The translations under genes and the position numbers were made by a program. Below, piece by piece: positions 13,051 to 26,432 of a stretch of 64,000 nucleotides of DNA (the stretch's first letter is position 1; each line of letters starts with the position of its first letter). This DNA comes from Octopus sinensis (taxonomy: Eukaryota). A model generated the notes under the pieces. It was not told the DNA's origin and did not search any database. It saw nothing but the letters and a program-made list of their open reading frames with translations. The stretch covers positions 19,530,001-19,594,000 of the forward strand of contig NC_043000.1 in the NCBI RefSeq assembly GCF_006345805.1. Reading direction: 5' to 3'.

Positions 13051-15100
13051 GCAGCGTGTTATTGAAGTACTTCAGATGATGCTCCACCAGACTCATCCTT
13101 ATGTTCGTGAGTTCAAAAATGCAATGGATACGTTGGATTCTCAACCTCATTTAAAATTGGTGATACATGCCGACAAAACTCTTGCCGGTGAGCACCCTGG
13201 TCGTTTCAACGCTCCAACTACGAATGAAGTTGCAGCTCTCATGGTCGATGAGGTCCATGGAAATCGTGACATAATCCTCCGTCACCGCGACGAAGACGTG
13301 ACTTTTGTTTCAGAATTACACCGATGTTACGATTGCTTGCAGTACCCTCTCCTTTTTCCTCATGGAGAGGATGGATACCACTTAGAAATTCAAAAGGTTG
13401 ATCCCACAATTCTCACACTTCTTGACAAGGAGGTTTCCTGCAAGGCATTTTACGCCTATCGACTCATGGTGCGAGAAAACGATTTCAATTTATTACTAAG
13501 GTGCCATTCTTTGACCAATCAGTTTTTGGTCGACATGTATTGTAAAGTTGAGTCCGAACGTTTAAAATACATTCGTTCTCACCAGGACCAATTAAGAGCA
13601 ACAGAATACGTTAATCTAGAGGATGCAATGCGTCCAGACGGTGATGCAGCCAACGTTGGAAAACGTATTATTCTTCCTTCAACATTTATTGGCTCACCTC
13701 GGTATATGAATAAACGAATGCAGGACGCAATGGCATACCTCGGTAAGTTTGGAAAGCCGGATCTCTTCATTACATTTACCTGCAATCCTACCTGGCCAGA
13801 GATTAAAGAGAATGTGTTCGCTGGGCAGCTGCCAGAGCACAGACATGACATTGTGGCGCGCGTTTTTCATGCCAAGTTGAAGAAAATGCTATTTTTACTG
13901 AAGGTTTTGCATATTTTTGGCCCACAGTCTGCTTGGATGTATACTGTGGAATGGCAGAAGAGAGGTCTTCCACACGTTCATATGCTAGCCTGGTGTCAGG
14001 ATAGAATCCACCCTGTGGATATTGACAGAATTGTATCTGCTGAGTTGCCCGATCAAAATGCTGATTCTCAGCTGCACAGCAGTGTGACAAAGCATATGAT
14101 TCACGGTCCATGTGGTGACTTTAATCCGAGAAGTCCATGCATGAAGAATAAAAGATGTTCGAAGCGGTACCCTAGAGACTATTGCGGTCAAACCTGCACT
14201 ACGAATGACGGATATCCCATCTACCGAAGGCGTGACCCAGGTTTGGGTGGTCGCACAGCTAGAATTAGACAACGGCTAAAAACATTCGATGTTGATAATG
14301 CCTGGATCGTTCCATTCAACCCTTTGCTTTCCAAAACATTTAATGCACACATTAATGTTGAGTACTGCAATTCGGTGAGATGTATACAATACCTCTGCAA
14401 GTACATTAATAAGGGCGATGATATGGCCGTGTTTGTGTTCAGTGATGAAGACCTTAGACATGACGAAATTAAACAATTCGTTTTGGGTAGGTATGTATCC
14501 TCCAATTATGCAGCGTGGCGCATTTTTGGATACGAGATTCATCTAAGCTCACCATCAGTTTTCCACCTGAATGTTCATTTACAGAAGACACAGCTGATTT
14601 ACTTCACAGAGAAAAATGCACGTCAAGTCATTGAAAATCCAAAAGGGACTACGATTACAGCATTTTTAAAATTGTGTTCAGTTGATGAGTTTGCTGCTAC
14701 TCTCATTTACCCTGAAGTACCGGAATATTATACATACAACAACAATAATTGGAAGCGCAGGTCACATGGAACAGAACTTGACAATTGGCCCGGTGTTTCT
14801 AGGAAGAACGTCATTGGGCGTGTGTATAATATTCATCCTACCAAACAGGAAATCTTCTTTTTCAGAATGCTACTTCATGTAGTTACTGGACCGAAGTCTT
14901 TTGCTGATCTTTGCACGGTTGATGGTATCATCTGCGCCACTTACAGGGAAGCATGTTTGAGGCGCGGACTTCTTCTCAATGACGACCACTTACACAGGAC
15001 ATTAGCAGAGGCCTCAAATTGTAAACTGCCATGGCAAATGCGTCGATTGTTTTGTAGCATATTAATCCACTGTAATCCCAGCAACCCTCTTAACCTTTGG
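13030..15100 (+). pseudogene. Helitron Rep (HUH rolling-circle initiator) domain, in ORF 12797..15145
   Basis: Motif 1 PDLFITFTCNP, HUH motif EWQKRGLPHVHML (~13950-13985), catalytic tyrosines QYLCKYINKG (~14390-14416). Confidence 0.97.
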
Positions 15101-16719
15101 AATCGTTCAAACAGAGCCTATCAAAGGACATACAGGCTAATTTAGCGCTACGTGATGGCAACGACGATGTTTATAATGAGGCATTAATCGACATGGACAG
15201 ACACATCAGACGCTATGTTATACGCGGTTTAAGTGAATTCCATCTGCCAACACCTGTCCATCATGAAGCGCCTTTGGATGTTGAATACATGTCAGAAAAA
15301 AACTACAACATTGCCGAATTGACGGAAACAATTACGCGAGATAAACCAAGACTTTTGCCTGAACAAAGAGAGATTTATAATGAAATTATTGACAGCGTTA
15401 GATTGAACCAAGGAAAGCTTTTCTTTTTGAATGCTCCAGGTGGTACTGGTAAAACTTGCGTTATCAATTTCATTCTCGCAAAGCTGCGCGCTGAACGTCG
15501 AATTGCCATTGCATGTGCCTCAAGTGGTATTGCAACGACACTGCTTCAAGGCGGCCGTACGGTACATAGTGCATTCAAATTGCCCATGGACATTAGAAAG
15601 AAAGATAATCCTATATGTAATATAGATCGTAGTTCCTCAAGAGCAAGACTTCTTCGTGAATGCAGTCTTTTTATTTGGGATGAGGCTACAATGAGTAATA
15701 AGGCCATGTTTGAGGCTCTTGACAGAACTCTCCAAGATTTTCGTCACAATACAAAAATAATGGGTGGAGCTACGTTTCTCATGGCAGGAGATTTTCGACA
15801 AACTCTTCCTGTTGTCCAAGCAGGCACTAGAACCGATGAGGTTAATGCATGTATAAAGCATTCTTATGTGTGGCACAGTGTTATCAGTCGCCATCTTCAA
15901 ACAAACATGAGAGTCCACCTACATGGTGATGTGGAGTCTGAGGCTTTCGCAAAACACCTATTAGATCTTGGTGATAGAGTTTTGCCTTTCGTTGATGATG
16001 AGCATATTCGGTTGCCTTTTGGGAATTTCGTTCCAAATGTAGAAGAACTTATAAGAGCCGTTTTACCTGATGTCGAAACCAACTTCCAGGATCTCGATTG
16101 GCTAAGAGCAAGAGCTATTCTATCGCCTCATAATACAACAGCTGATGCTACAAATAAACAAGTACTCGATATGATTCCTGGTGAGATAGTTTCTTTCATG
16201 TCCATTGATACAAATAAAGATGAGAATGATGCAGTCAAATATCCACCCGAGCTACTCAACAAGCTAACACCTCCGAGACTTCCACCTCATCATTTGTGTT
16301 TGAAAGTTGGTACTCCAATCATGGTGCTCAGAAATATGGAAACGCCTGAAATATGCAATGGGACCCGAATGGTTATAAGGAGGATTCAAAGCCATGTTAT
16401 AACTGCTGAAATTTTGAGTGGACCATTTGTAGGAACAATCAAGATGATACATAAAATGTGTATTTCACCCTCTGATGTTCCCATTCAGTTTAAACGCATT
16501 CAATTTCCAATAAAACTATGCTTCGCGATGACAATCAACAAGTCACAGGGACAATCACTGGACATTGTAGGCATTAACCTGTCACAACCGGTTTTCAGTC
16601 ATGGTCAATTGTACGTAGCCTGTTCTCGAGTTGGAAATCCACATAAACTCTTCATTCTTGGCAATCATGAGTGCACAAGGAACGTGGTTTATCAGGAGGC
16701 TCTGACAAAAGAAAACTGA
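15097..16719 (+). pseudogene. Helitron PIF1-family SF1B helicase domain
   Basis: APGGTGKT (Walker A), IWDEATM, GDFRQTLPV, NGTR, FAMTINKSQGQSL, GQLYVACSRV. Confidence 0.97.
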
Positions 16720-19029
16720 TTGTAAGTCATGAAATTTTGCTTGATTTTTTATTTTGCACCTCTTCATTATCTCTTCATTCTTGAAAATAAAGACATTAAA
16801 AAGAACATGGTTCATAAAGAACATTGGGTTCAGATGTTGCAAATATTTGATCCAAATCATTCTCTTTATTCCTAATTTTCCGATTCCTTCTACGTCTCCA
16901 TTAAACGGTTTTGTCAAGTTATTGTTTCTTCGCTAACATAAGACATTCATAAAGTGAATGAGTTGTTAATTACATTTTATACACTATTCCATTGTTTAGG
17001 TGGTGTCGAAAGAACTGGCATGTGTCACCATATTAACTCTCTCAGTCAAACTCCCAACTCATGAGTTCACGTCGTGATACTCTTTCTACAAAATTGAGCT
17101 GGGTGTGAATTCTAATTTCATACACTATTACAGATGTGAGTTTACATTCTGCCTTTTTTGGTTTAAACTATCTTCCTGCAGGTTAAAAAAATTCTTTTTT
17201 TTAGAGTACTCTACAATATTCGCCACCGAAATTCCATTTTTCACTTTTAAGATTATGCCCAGAGTGCTCTAATCGAATATAAACTGTCAAACATTTATCA
17301 TCAAACATTTTCATCAAATATTTTAATGAAACATTTTCATCAAACACTTTCATTAAACAATTTCATCAAACATTTTCATCAAACATTTTCATCAAACATT
17401 TTCATTAAACTTTTTTCATGAAACATTAATCATGAAAATTAATCATGAAACAATCTCCTCAAACGATTTCATCAACATTTTTCATGAAACATTTATCATC
17501 AAACATTTTCATCAAATATTTGAATCAAACATTTTCATCAAACACTTTCATTAAACATTTTCATCAAACATTCTCCTCAAACATTTTTATCAAACATTTT
17601 CATCAGACATTTTCATAAACACATATCATCAAAAAATTTCATCAAACTTTTTTCATGAAACAATTTCATCAAACATTTTCATCAAACATTTTCATCAAAC
17701 TTTTATCAAACATTCTCATCAAACATTTTCAAATAATTTCATTAAACATTCTCCTCAAACGATTTCATCAAACATTTTTCACGAAACATTTATCATCAAA
17801 CATTTTCATTAAATATTTTAATCAAACATTTTCATCAAACACTTTCATTAAACAATTTCATCAAACATTCTCCTCAAACAATTTCATCAAACATTTTTCA
17901 TCAAACATTTATCATCAAACATTTTCATCATATATTTTAATCAAACATTTTCATAAGACATTTTCATCAAACATTTTCATCAAAAAATTCATCAAAATTT
18001 TCAAATAATTTCATGAAACATTCTCCTCAAACTATTTCATCAAACATTTTTCATCAAACATTTATCATCAAACATTTTCATGAAATATTTTAATCAAACA
18101 TTTTCATCAAACACTTTCATTAAACAATTTCATCAAACATTTTCATCAAACATTTTCATCAAACATTTTCATTAAACTTTTTTCATGAAACATTAATCAT
18201 GAAACATTAATCATGAAACAATCTCCTCAAACGATTTCATCAAACATTTTTCATGAAACATTTATCATCAAACATTTTCATCAAATATTTGAATCAAACA
18301 TTTTCATCAAACACTTTCATTAAACAATTTCATCAAACATTCTCCTCAAACATTTTTATCAAACATTTTCATCAGACATTTTCATCAAACATTATCATCA
18401 AAAAATTTCATCAAACTTTTTTCATGAAACAATTTCATCAAACATTTTCATCAAACATTTTCATCAAACATTTTTATCAAACATTCTCATCAAACATTTT
18501 CAAATAATTTCATGAAACATTCTCCTCAAACGATTTCATCAAACATTTTTCACGAAACATTTATCATCAAACATTTTCATTAATATTTTAATCAAACATT
18601 TTCATCAAACATTTTTATCAAACATTTTCATCAAACACTTTCATTAAACAATTTCATCAACATTCTCCTCAAACATTTTCATCATCAAACATTTTTCATC
18701 AAACATTTATCATCAAACATTTTCATCATATATTTTAATCAAACATTTTCATCATGAAAACATTTTTCATCAAAATTTTCATCAACATTTTCATCAAAAA
18801 ATTCATCAAAATTTTCAAATAATTTCATGAACATTCTCCTCAAACTATTTCATCAAACATTTTTCATCAAACATTTATCATCAAACATTTTCAAATAATT
18901 TCATTAAACATTCTCCTCAAACAATTTCATCAACATTTTCATCAAACACTTTCATTAAACAATTTCATCAAACATTTTCATGAGACATTTTCATCAAACA
19001 TTTTCATCAAACTTTTTTCATGAAACATT

Positions 19030-19436
19030 AGTGGCTGTGTGGTAATGGCTTGTCTACCAACCACATGGTTCCGGGTTCAGTCCCACTGCGTGGCACCTTG
19101 GGCAAGTGGCTTCTACTATAGCCTCGGGCCGACCAAAGCCTTGTGAGTGGATTTGGTAGACGGAAACTGAAAGAAGCCCGTCGTATATATGTATATATAT
19201 ATATGTGTGTGTGTTGGGGGGGGGTTGTGTGTCTGTGTTTGTCTCCCTAACATTGCTTGACAACCGATGCTGGTGTGTTTATGTCCCCGTTACTTAGCGG
19301 TTCGGCAAAACAGACCGATAGAATAAGTACTGGGCTTACAAAAGAATAAGTCCCGGGGTCGAGTTGCTCGATCAAAGGCGGTGCTCCAGCATGGACGCAG
19401 TCAAATGACTGAAACAAGTAAAAGAGTAAAAGAGAG
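19030..19436 (+). mobile_element. SINE family A inserted in the satellite
   Basis: Near full-length copy with satellite on both sides. Confidence 0.9.
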
Positions 19437-19894
19437 AGTATGAAACAATTTCATCAAACATTTTCATCAAACATTTTTATCAAACATTTTCATCAAACAT
19501 TTTCAAATATTTTCATCAAACATTCTTCTCAAACAATTCCATCAAACATTTTTCATCAAACATTTATCATGAAACATTTTCATCATGAAAACATTTTTCA
19601 TCAAACATTTATCATCAAACATTTTCATCAAATATTTTCATCAAACATTTTCATCAATCATTTTCACCAAACATTTTCATCAAACATTTTCACCAAACAT
19701 TTTCATCAAATATTTTCATCAAACATTTTCATCAAACATTTTCATCAAACATTTTTATCAAACATTTTCATCAGACATTTTCATCAAACATTTTCATCAA
19801 AAAATTTCATCAAACATTCTCCTCAAACGATTTCATCAAACATTTTTCATGAAACATTTATCATCAAATATTTTCATCAGATATTTTAATCAAA

Positions 19895-20620
19895 ATAATA
19901 GTTATCGCCATACTAATATGGCATTCTTATAAAAATAAGAAAAAAGCTGTCCGCTTATTAGCTCCATGAGGCCATCGCCTTAAGTTAGCTATTTGATACA
20001 CAAACTGTATCCATATACCTTCGAACAAGGGAGGTCAGTCGCTCCACACTACTTGACCGGCAGCTACAGACGCGTTTCGGAGTATTGCCCCTTTTCAATG
20101 CAGCGTAGCCAGCCAGTAGGTGTCGCTTCCGACATCTCTGTTCGATGGTTTTATTTACCTAGTTTCGGTGGAATACATCCACTTGTTTTCAATAATAGAA
20201 ATATTAAAATAACTAAGTCTCTCTAAAAGAGAACAGCGGCAGCGTTCCCGGAAAATAATAGTTATCGCCATACTAATATGGCATTCTTATAAAAATAAGA
20301 AAAAAGCTGTCCGCTTATTAGCTCCATGAGGCCATCGCCTTAAGTTAGCTATTTGATACACAAACTGTATCCATATAACCTTCGAACAAGGGAGGTCAGT
20401 CGCTCCACACTACTTGACCGGCAGCTGTTCGAAGGTTATATGGATACAGTTTGTGTATCAAATAGCTAACTTAAGGCGATGGCCTCATGGAGCTAATAAG
20501 CGGACAGCTTTTTTCTTATTTTTATAAGAATGCCATATTAGTATGGCGATAACTATTATTTTCCGGGAACGCTGCCGCTGTTATCTTTTAGAGAGACTTA
20601 GTTATTTTAATATTTCTATT
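19895..20620 (-). mobile_element. Penelope-like pseudo-LTR unit: 1.5 tandem copies of a 358-bp unit plus an inverted segment
   Basis: Tandem restart at ~20252; inverted arms 20191-20388 / 20426-20623; flanking attttaatcaaa on both sides; contains a hammerhead motif. Confidence 0.75.
20063..20104 (-). ncRNA. Minimal type I hammerhead ribozyme motif (U3:A8 variant)
   Basis: gctgca-TTGAAAA-gggg caata ctcc-GAAAC-gc-GTC^tgtagc; stems I and II pair, stem III is the palindrome ACGCGT. Confidence 0.75.
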
Positions 20621-23600
20621 ATTTTAATCAAACATTTTCATCAAACATTTTTCATCAAAAAATTTCATCAACATTTTCATCAAACATTTTTATCAAACAT
20701 TTTCATCAAACATTTTCGAATATTTTCATCCAACATTCTCAAACAATTCCATCAAATATTTTCATCAAACATTTTCACCAAACATTTTCATCAAACATTT
20801 TCATCAAATATTTTCATCAAACATTTATCATCAAACATTTTCATCAAACATTTTCATCAAACATTTTCATCAAATATATTTCATCAAACATTTTCATCAA
20901 ACATTTTCATCAAACATTTTCATCAAATATATTTCATCAAACATTTTCATCAAACATTTTCATCAAATATATTTCATCAAACATTCTCCTCAAAAAATTT
21001 CATCAATCATTTTTATCAAACATTTTCATCAAACATTTTCAAATAATTTCATTAAACATTCTCCTCAAACGATTACATCAAACATTTTTCATGAAACATT
21101 TATCATCAAACATTTTCATCAAATATTTTAATCAAACATTTTCATCAAACACTTTCATTAAACAATTTCATCAAACATTCTCCTCAAACAATTCCATCAC
21201 ACATTTTTCATCAAACATTTATCATCAAACATTTTCATTAAATATTTTCATCAAACATTTTCATCAAACATTTTCATCAAACATTTTTATCAAACATTTT
21301 CATCAGGACATTTCATCAAACATTCTCCTCAAACAATTCATCAAACATTTTTATCAAACATTTTCATCAAACATTTTCAAATAATTTCATTAAACATTCT
21401 CCTCAAACGATTTCATCAAACATTTTTCATGAAACATTTATCAAATATTTTCATCAAATATTTTAATCAAACATTTTCATTAAAAACTTTCATTAAACAA
21501 TTTCATCAAACATTTTCATCAAACACTTTTATCAAACATTTTCATCAAACATTTTCGAATATTTTCATCAAACATTCTCAAACAATTCCATCAAATATTT
21601 TCATCAAACATTTTCACCAAACATTTTCATCAAACATTTTCATCAAATATTTTCATCAAACATTTATCATCAAACATTTTCATCAAACATTTTCATCAAA
21701 CATTTTCATCAAATATATTTCATCAAACATTTTCATCAAACATTTTCATCAAACATTTTCATCAAATATATTTCATCAAACATTTTCAAATATTTTCATC
21801 AAACATTCTCCTCAAACAATTTCATCAAACATTTTTCATCAAACATTTATCAACAAACATTTTCATATATTTTAATCAAACATTTTCATCAAAAAATTTC
21901 ATCCAACATTTTTATCAATATTTTCATCAAACATTTTCACCAACATTTTCATCAAACATTTTCATCAAATATTTTCATCAAACATTTATCATCAAACATT
22001 TTCATCAAACATTTTCATCAAACATTTTTCATCAAATATATTTCATCAAACATTTTCATCAAACATTTTCATCAAACATTTTCATCAAATATATTTCATC
22101 AACATTTTCATCAAACATTTTCATCAAATATATTTCATCAAACATTCTCCTCAAAAAATTTCATCAATCATTTTTATCAAACATTTTCATCAAACATTTT
22201 CAAATAATTTCATAAACATTCTCCTCAACGATTACATCAAACATTTTTCATGAAACATTTATCATCAAACATTTTCATCAAATATTTTAATCAAACATTT
22301 TCATCAAACACTTTCATTAAACAATTTCATCAAACATTCTCCTCAAACAATTCCATCACACATTTTTCATCAAACATTTATCATCAAACATTTTCATTAA
22401 ATATTTTCATCAAACATTTTCATCAAACATTTTCATCAAACATTTTTATCAAACATTTTCATCAGACATTTTCATCAAACATTTTCATCAAAAAATTTCA
22501 TCAAACATTTTTATCAAACATTTTCATCAAACATTTTCAAATAATTTCATTAAACATTCTCCTCAAACGATTTCATCAAACATTTTTCATGAAACATTTA
22601 TCAAATATTTTCATCAAATATTTTAATCAAACATTTTCATTAAAAACTTTCATTAAACAATTTCATCAAACATTTTCATCAAACACTTTTATCAAACATT
22701 TTCATCAAACATTTTCGAATATTTTCATCAAACATTCTCAAACAATTCCATCAAAATTTTCATCAAACATTTTCATCAAACATTTTCATCAAACATTTTC
22801 AAACATTTATCATCAAACATTTATCATCAAACATTTTCATCAAACATTTTCATCAAACATTTTCATCAAATATTTTCATCAAACATTTTCATCAAACATT
22901 TTCATCAAACATTTTCATCAATATATTTCATCAAACATTTTCAAATATTTTCATCAAACATTCTCCTCAAACAATTTCATCAAACATTTTTCATCAAACA
23001 TTTATCAACAAACATTTTCATATATTTTAATCAAACATTTTCATCAAAAAATTTCATCCAACATTTTTATCAAATATTTTCATCAAACATTTTCAAATAA
23101 TTTCATTAAACATTCTCCTCAAACGATTACATCAAACATTTTTCATGAAACATTTATCATCAAACATTTTCATCAAATCTTTTAATCAAACATTTTCATC
23201 AAACACTTTCATTAAACAATTTCATCAAACATTCTCCTCAAACAATTCCATCACACATTTTTCATCAAACATTTATCATCAAACATTTTCATTAAATATT
23301 TTCATCAAACATTTTCATCAAACATTTTCACCAAACATTTTGATCAAATATTTTCATGAAACATTTTCATCAAACATATTCATCAAACATTTTCCTCAAA
23401 TACATTTCATCAAACATTTTCATCAAACATTTTCATCAAACATTTTCATCAAATATATTTCATCAAACATTTTCAAATATTTTCATCAAACATTCTCCTC
23501 AAACAATTTCATCAAACATTTTTCATCAAACATTTATCATCAAACATTTTCATCATATATTTTAATCAAACTTTTTCATCAAACATTTTCATCAAACATT

Positions 23601-24136
23601 TTCATCAAACATTTTTATCAAACATTTTCATCAGACATTTTCAAATATTTTCATGAAACATTCTCCTCAAACAATTTTATCAAACATTTTTCACCAAACA
23701 TTTATCATCAAACATTTTCATCAAATATTTTAATCAAACATTTTCATCAAACATTTTTTAAAATTTGAAGAAATACATATAAAATACATATAAAGAGACA
23801 GGGGATTGAATTTAAAGGCAGGGAAAGATAAAGGTAACATTAAAAAGGAAGTTAATAGATATCGAAGTAATGACGGCAGTTAAATGTATTCCAACCGAAT
23901 AGGTTTTATAAGTTGTAATATTACAAATGTTATTGTATGTATGATTGTATAGTTCCTAGAGGGTATAAGATTTAGTGAAAGAAACTTGCTATCACAAACT
24001 CACTACAAATATACATAATGTGGGTAGAAATTCACAGAAGGAAAAAATAGTGTAATCATCAAAATAGGATGAAGTTAAACTAACTAGACATGGAGTTATC
24101 GTGGGATAATACATGTAATGCACCATATAACATAAC

Positions 24137-24385
24137 GTGGAAGCGCGTGGCTTAGTGGTTAGGTTGTCAGCATCATGATCGTAATATTGTAGCTTCGATT
24201 CCTGGACCGGGCGACGCGTCGTGTTCTTGCGCAAAACACTTCATTTCACATTGATCCAGTCGACTCAGCTGGCAATAATGAGTAACGCTGCGATGGACCG
24301 TCCAGCTGGGGAACACATACGCCATAGAAACCGGGAAACCGGGCCCGTGAGCCTGGCTAGGCTTTAAAAGGGTGTATTTTTTTTT
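24137..24385 (+). mobile_element. SINE family D (tRNA head plus CORE/V-like central domain)
   Basis: gtggcttagtggttagg A box, gcttcgattcc B box, gtgttcttgcgcaaaacacttc central motif. Confidence 0.7.
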
Positions 24386-24562
24386 ATCTTTACATAACAT
24401 AACACATAGAGTATAACATATGTAATGTAATACATTATACCATATAACATAATATCCTATATTTTGTACTAGAGGGTAAGTTATAACGGATACGACACTA
24501 AAGTTAATTTCCACCATCAAATTTCAAGTGTGATAAATGTAATGTTATTAAGTTCCAAAATA

Positions 24563-24980
24563 CTAAAATGTGCGTGCGATGCTGTGCTTGCATGATACCC
24601 TTAGCTCTAATGTATTATTAATCAGGTTGTTCTTGTCTCTGTACTTAAAAATCTCATGAATTTCCATAGAGCAAAGCTCATACCCGTATCGACTATCTTT
24701 ATAAAGCTGCGTCCTCCGTATTATATCCCATTTAAAGCTAAATCCGGTCCCGCTTTCTTTAAGTTCCCAGATCTTACTAGATAAAGACGTACTATTAGCT
24801 TTATGTCTAAGTCTAAACGATGAAAAATGGTTATTAATGCATTTTTCATATTTATCGGACATCCAATATATATAAAATTGTCAGCTTCAGTCACAATTGT
24901 ACATCTATAAATTACGTTTTGGGTTTAAACATCGACCTAATAACGAGCAATGGGATTTAACGCTACAATTACAACAGGTA
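24563..24980 (-). pseudogene. Penelope-like (Neptune-type) GIY-YIG endonuclease remnant
   Basis: Across frameshifts: CNCSVKSHCSLLGRCL, NVIYRCTIVTEADNFIYIG (VIY-YIG), then NHFSSFR...STSLSSKIWELK...W...ELC...E...LIN...EL...CKH. Confidence 0.75.
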
Positions 24981-25018
24981 TCATTACTATTATTAATATT
25001 ATTGTGTTCCTATCATTG

Positions 25019-25075
<57 letters not shown>

Positions 25076-25559
25076 TACTACTACTACTACTACTATATAT
25101 TATTATCAGCATTGCTATTACTGCTATTATTTATACTGCTTTCAACTATAGTATCATTTAAATTTATCTCAGCATCATCAGGTACTGCGTCAGTAGTACC
25201 TGGGCTAGTATAAACATTGGAGTCACAGTTTATATGGGGTCTTATTTATCATATATTTATATATTTATCTAAAGTATCTAATAAAAATTAATAATAATTC
25301 AGTTTGGTGGGATTAATAGATATGCGGGCATTCTATTTCAGATAATACAAAAAAAATGCCTAATGAGTATATCTGAAAGTAAACTCATGGTATCACTTTG
25401 CACATCACGAAATAATACTTAAAGGACATAACCATTATACCAGCATTGTATATACTATAATTCCTAATTATCTCCTGCTTTAGTTAACACTTAAATTTAT
25501 GATTATGAAGGAACTACAAGCGTTTCAGTATTGGAAGATTACAATATGTATACATTCAC

Positions 25560-25620
<61 letters not shown>

Positions 25621-25771
25621 TATATATATATTATATATATACATATATATATATGTATATATATATACACACACTTATGAGAGAGAATCCACTAAAGTGG
25701 ACGACCTTACGCTAACTACTAAAAATTTTCTCAAAAAACTTAGCACACTACGAACGTATATATATATATAT

Positions 25772-25803
<32 letters not shown>

Positions 25804-25814
25804 GTGTGTGTGTG

Positions 25815-26190
25815 TGTGTGTAAGTAGCTTGCTAAACAACCATATGGTTCCGGGTTCAGTCCCACTGCGTGGCATCTTGGGCAAGTGTCTTCTGCTATAG
25901 CCCCGGGCCGACCAATGCCTTGTGAGTGGATTTGGTAGACGGAAACTGAAAGAAGCCTGTCGTATATATGCATATATATATATGTATGTGTGTTTGTGTG
26001 TCTGTGTTTGTCTCCCTAGCATTGCTTGACAACCGATGCTGATGTGTTTACGTCCCCGTCACTTAGCGGTTCGGCAAAAGAGACTGATAGAATAAGTACT
26101 AGGCTTACAAAGAATAAGTCCCGGGGTCGATTTGCTCGACTAAAGGCGGTGCTCCAGACTGAAACAAGTAAAAGAGTAAAAGAGTAAGAG
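25815..26190 (+). mobile_element. SINE family A
   Basis: Body match; small internal deletion near the tail. Confidence 0.85.
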
Positions 26191-26432
26191 TATATATACA
26201 TATATATATATATATATATACAATATGCAATCATCAGATTTACAATTATTCCAACACATTTTCAGGTTCCTTTTCAAAATATTATAAATCTAATTTTACA
26301 TCCCTTTAAAAAATAAGCAATAAATTTAAGCATTGAAGATCAAAAATTAAAAATTAAACATAAAAATTATACTTTATAATATTAAGAATTAAATTTTACA
26401 AATTATGCATTATAAATATGAATTAGTATATA

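Larger units (their letters stand above)
11409..16719 (+). mobile_element. Autonomous-type Helitron (5' terminus through the end of RepHel; 3' terminus not found)
   Basis: A|TCtatatataaaactgaaatgcg 5' end with subterminal ccgattcgctccaaaattt, similar to the other Helitron 5' ends here; RepHel coding region downstream. Confidence 0.9.
17288..23760. repeat. 13-bp satellite (ttttcatcaaaca)n with higher-order blocks, interrupted by two insertions
   Basis: Continuous array; explains the FHQTFSSNIFIKH ORFs. Confidence 0.97.

Noticed and set aside
23761-24480. CTAG sites after the satellite as the Helitron 3' end
   Set aside because: No GC-rich hairpin 10-12 nt upstream of any of them.
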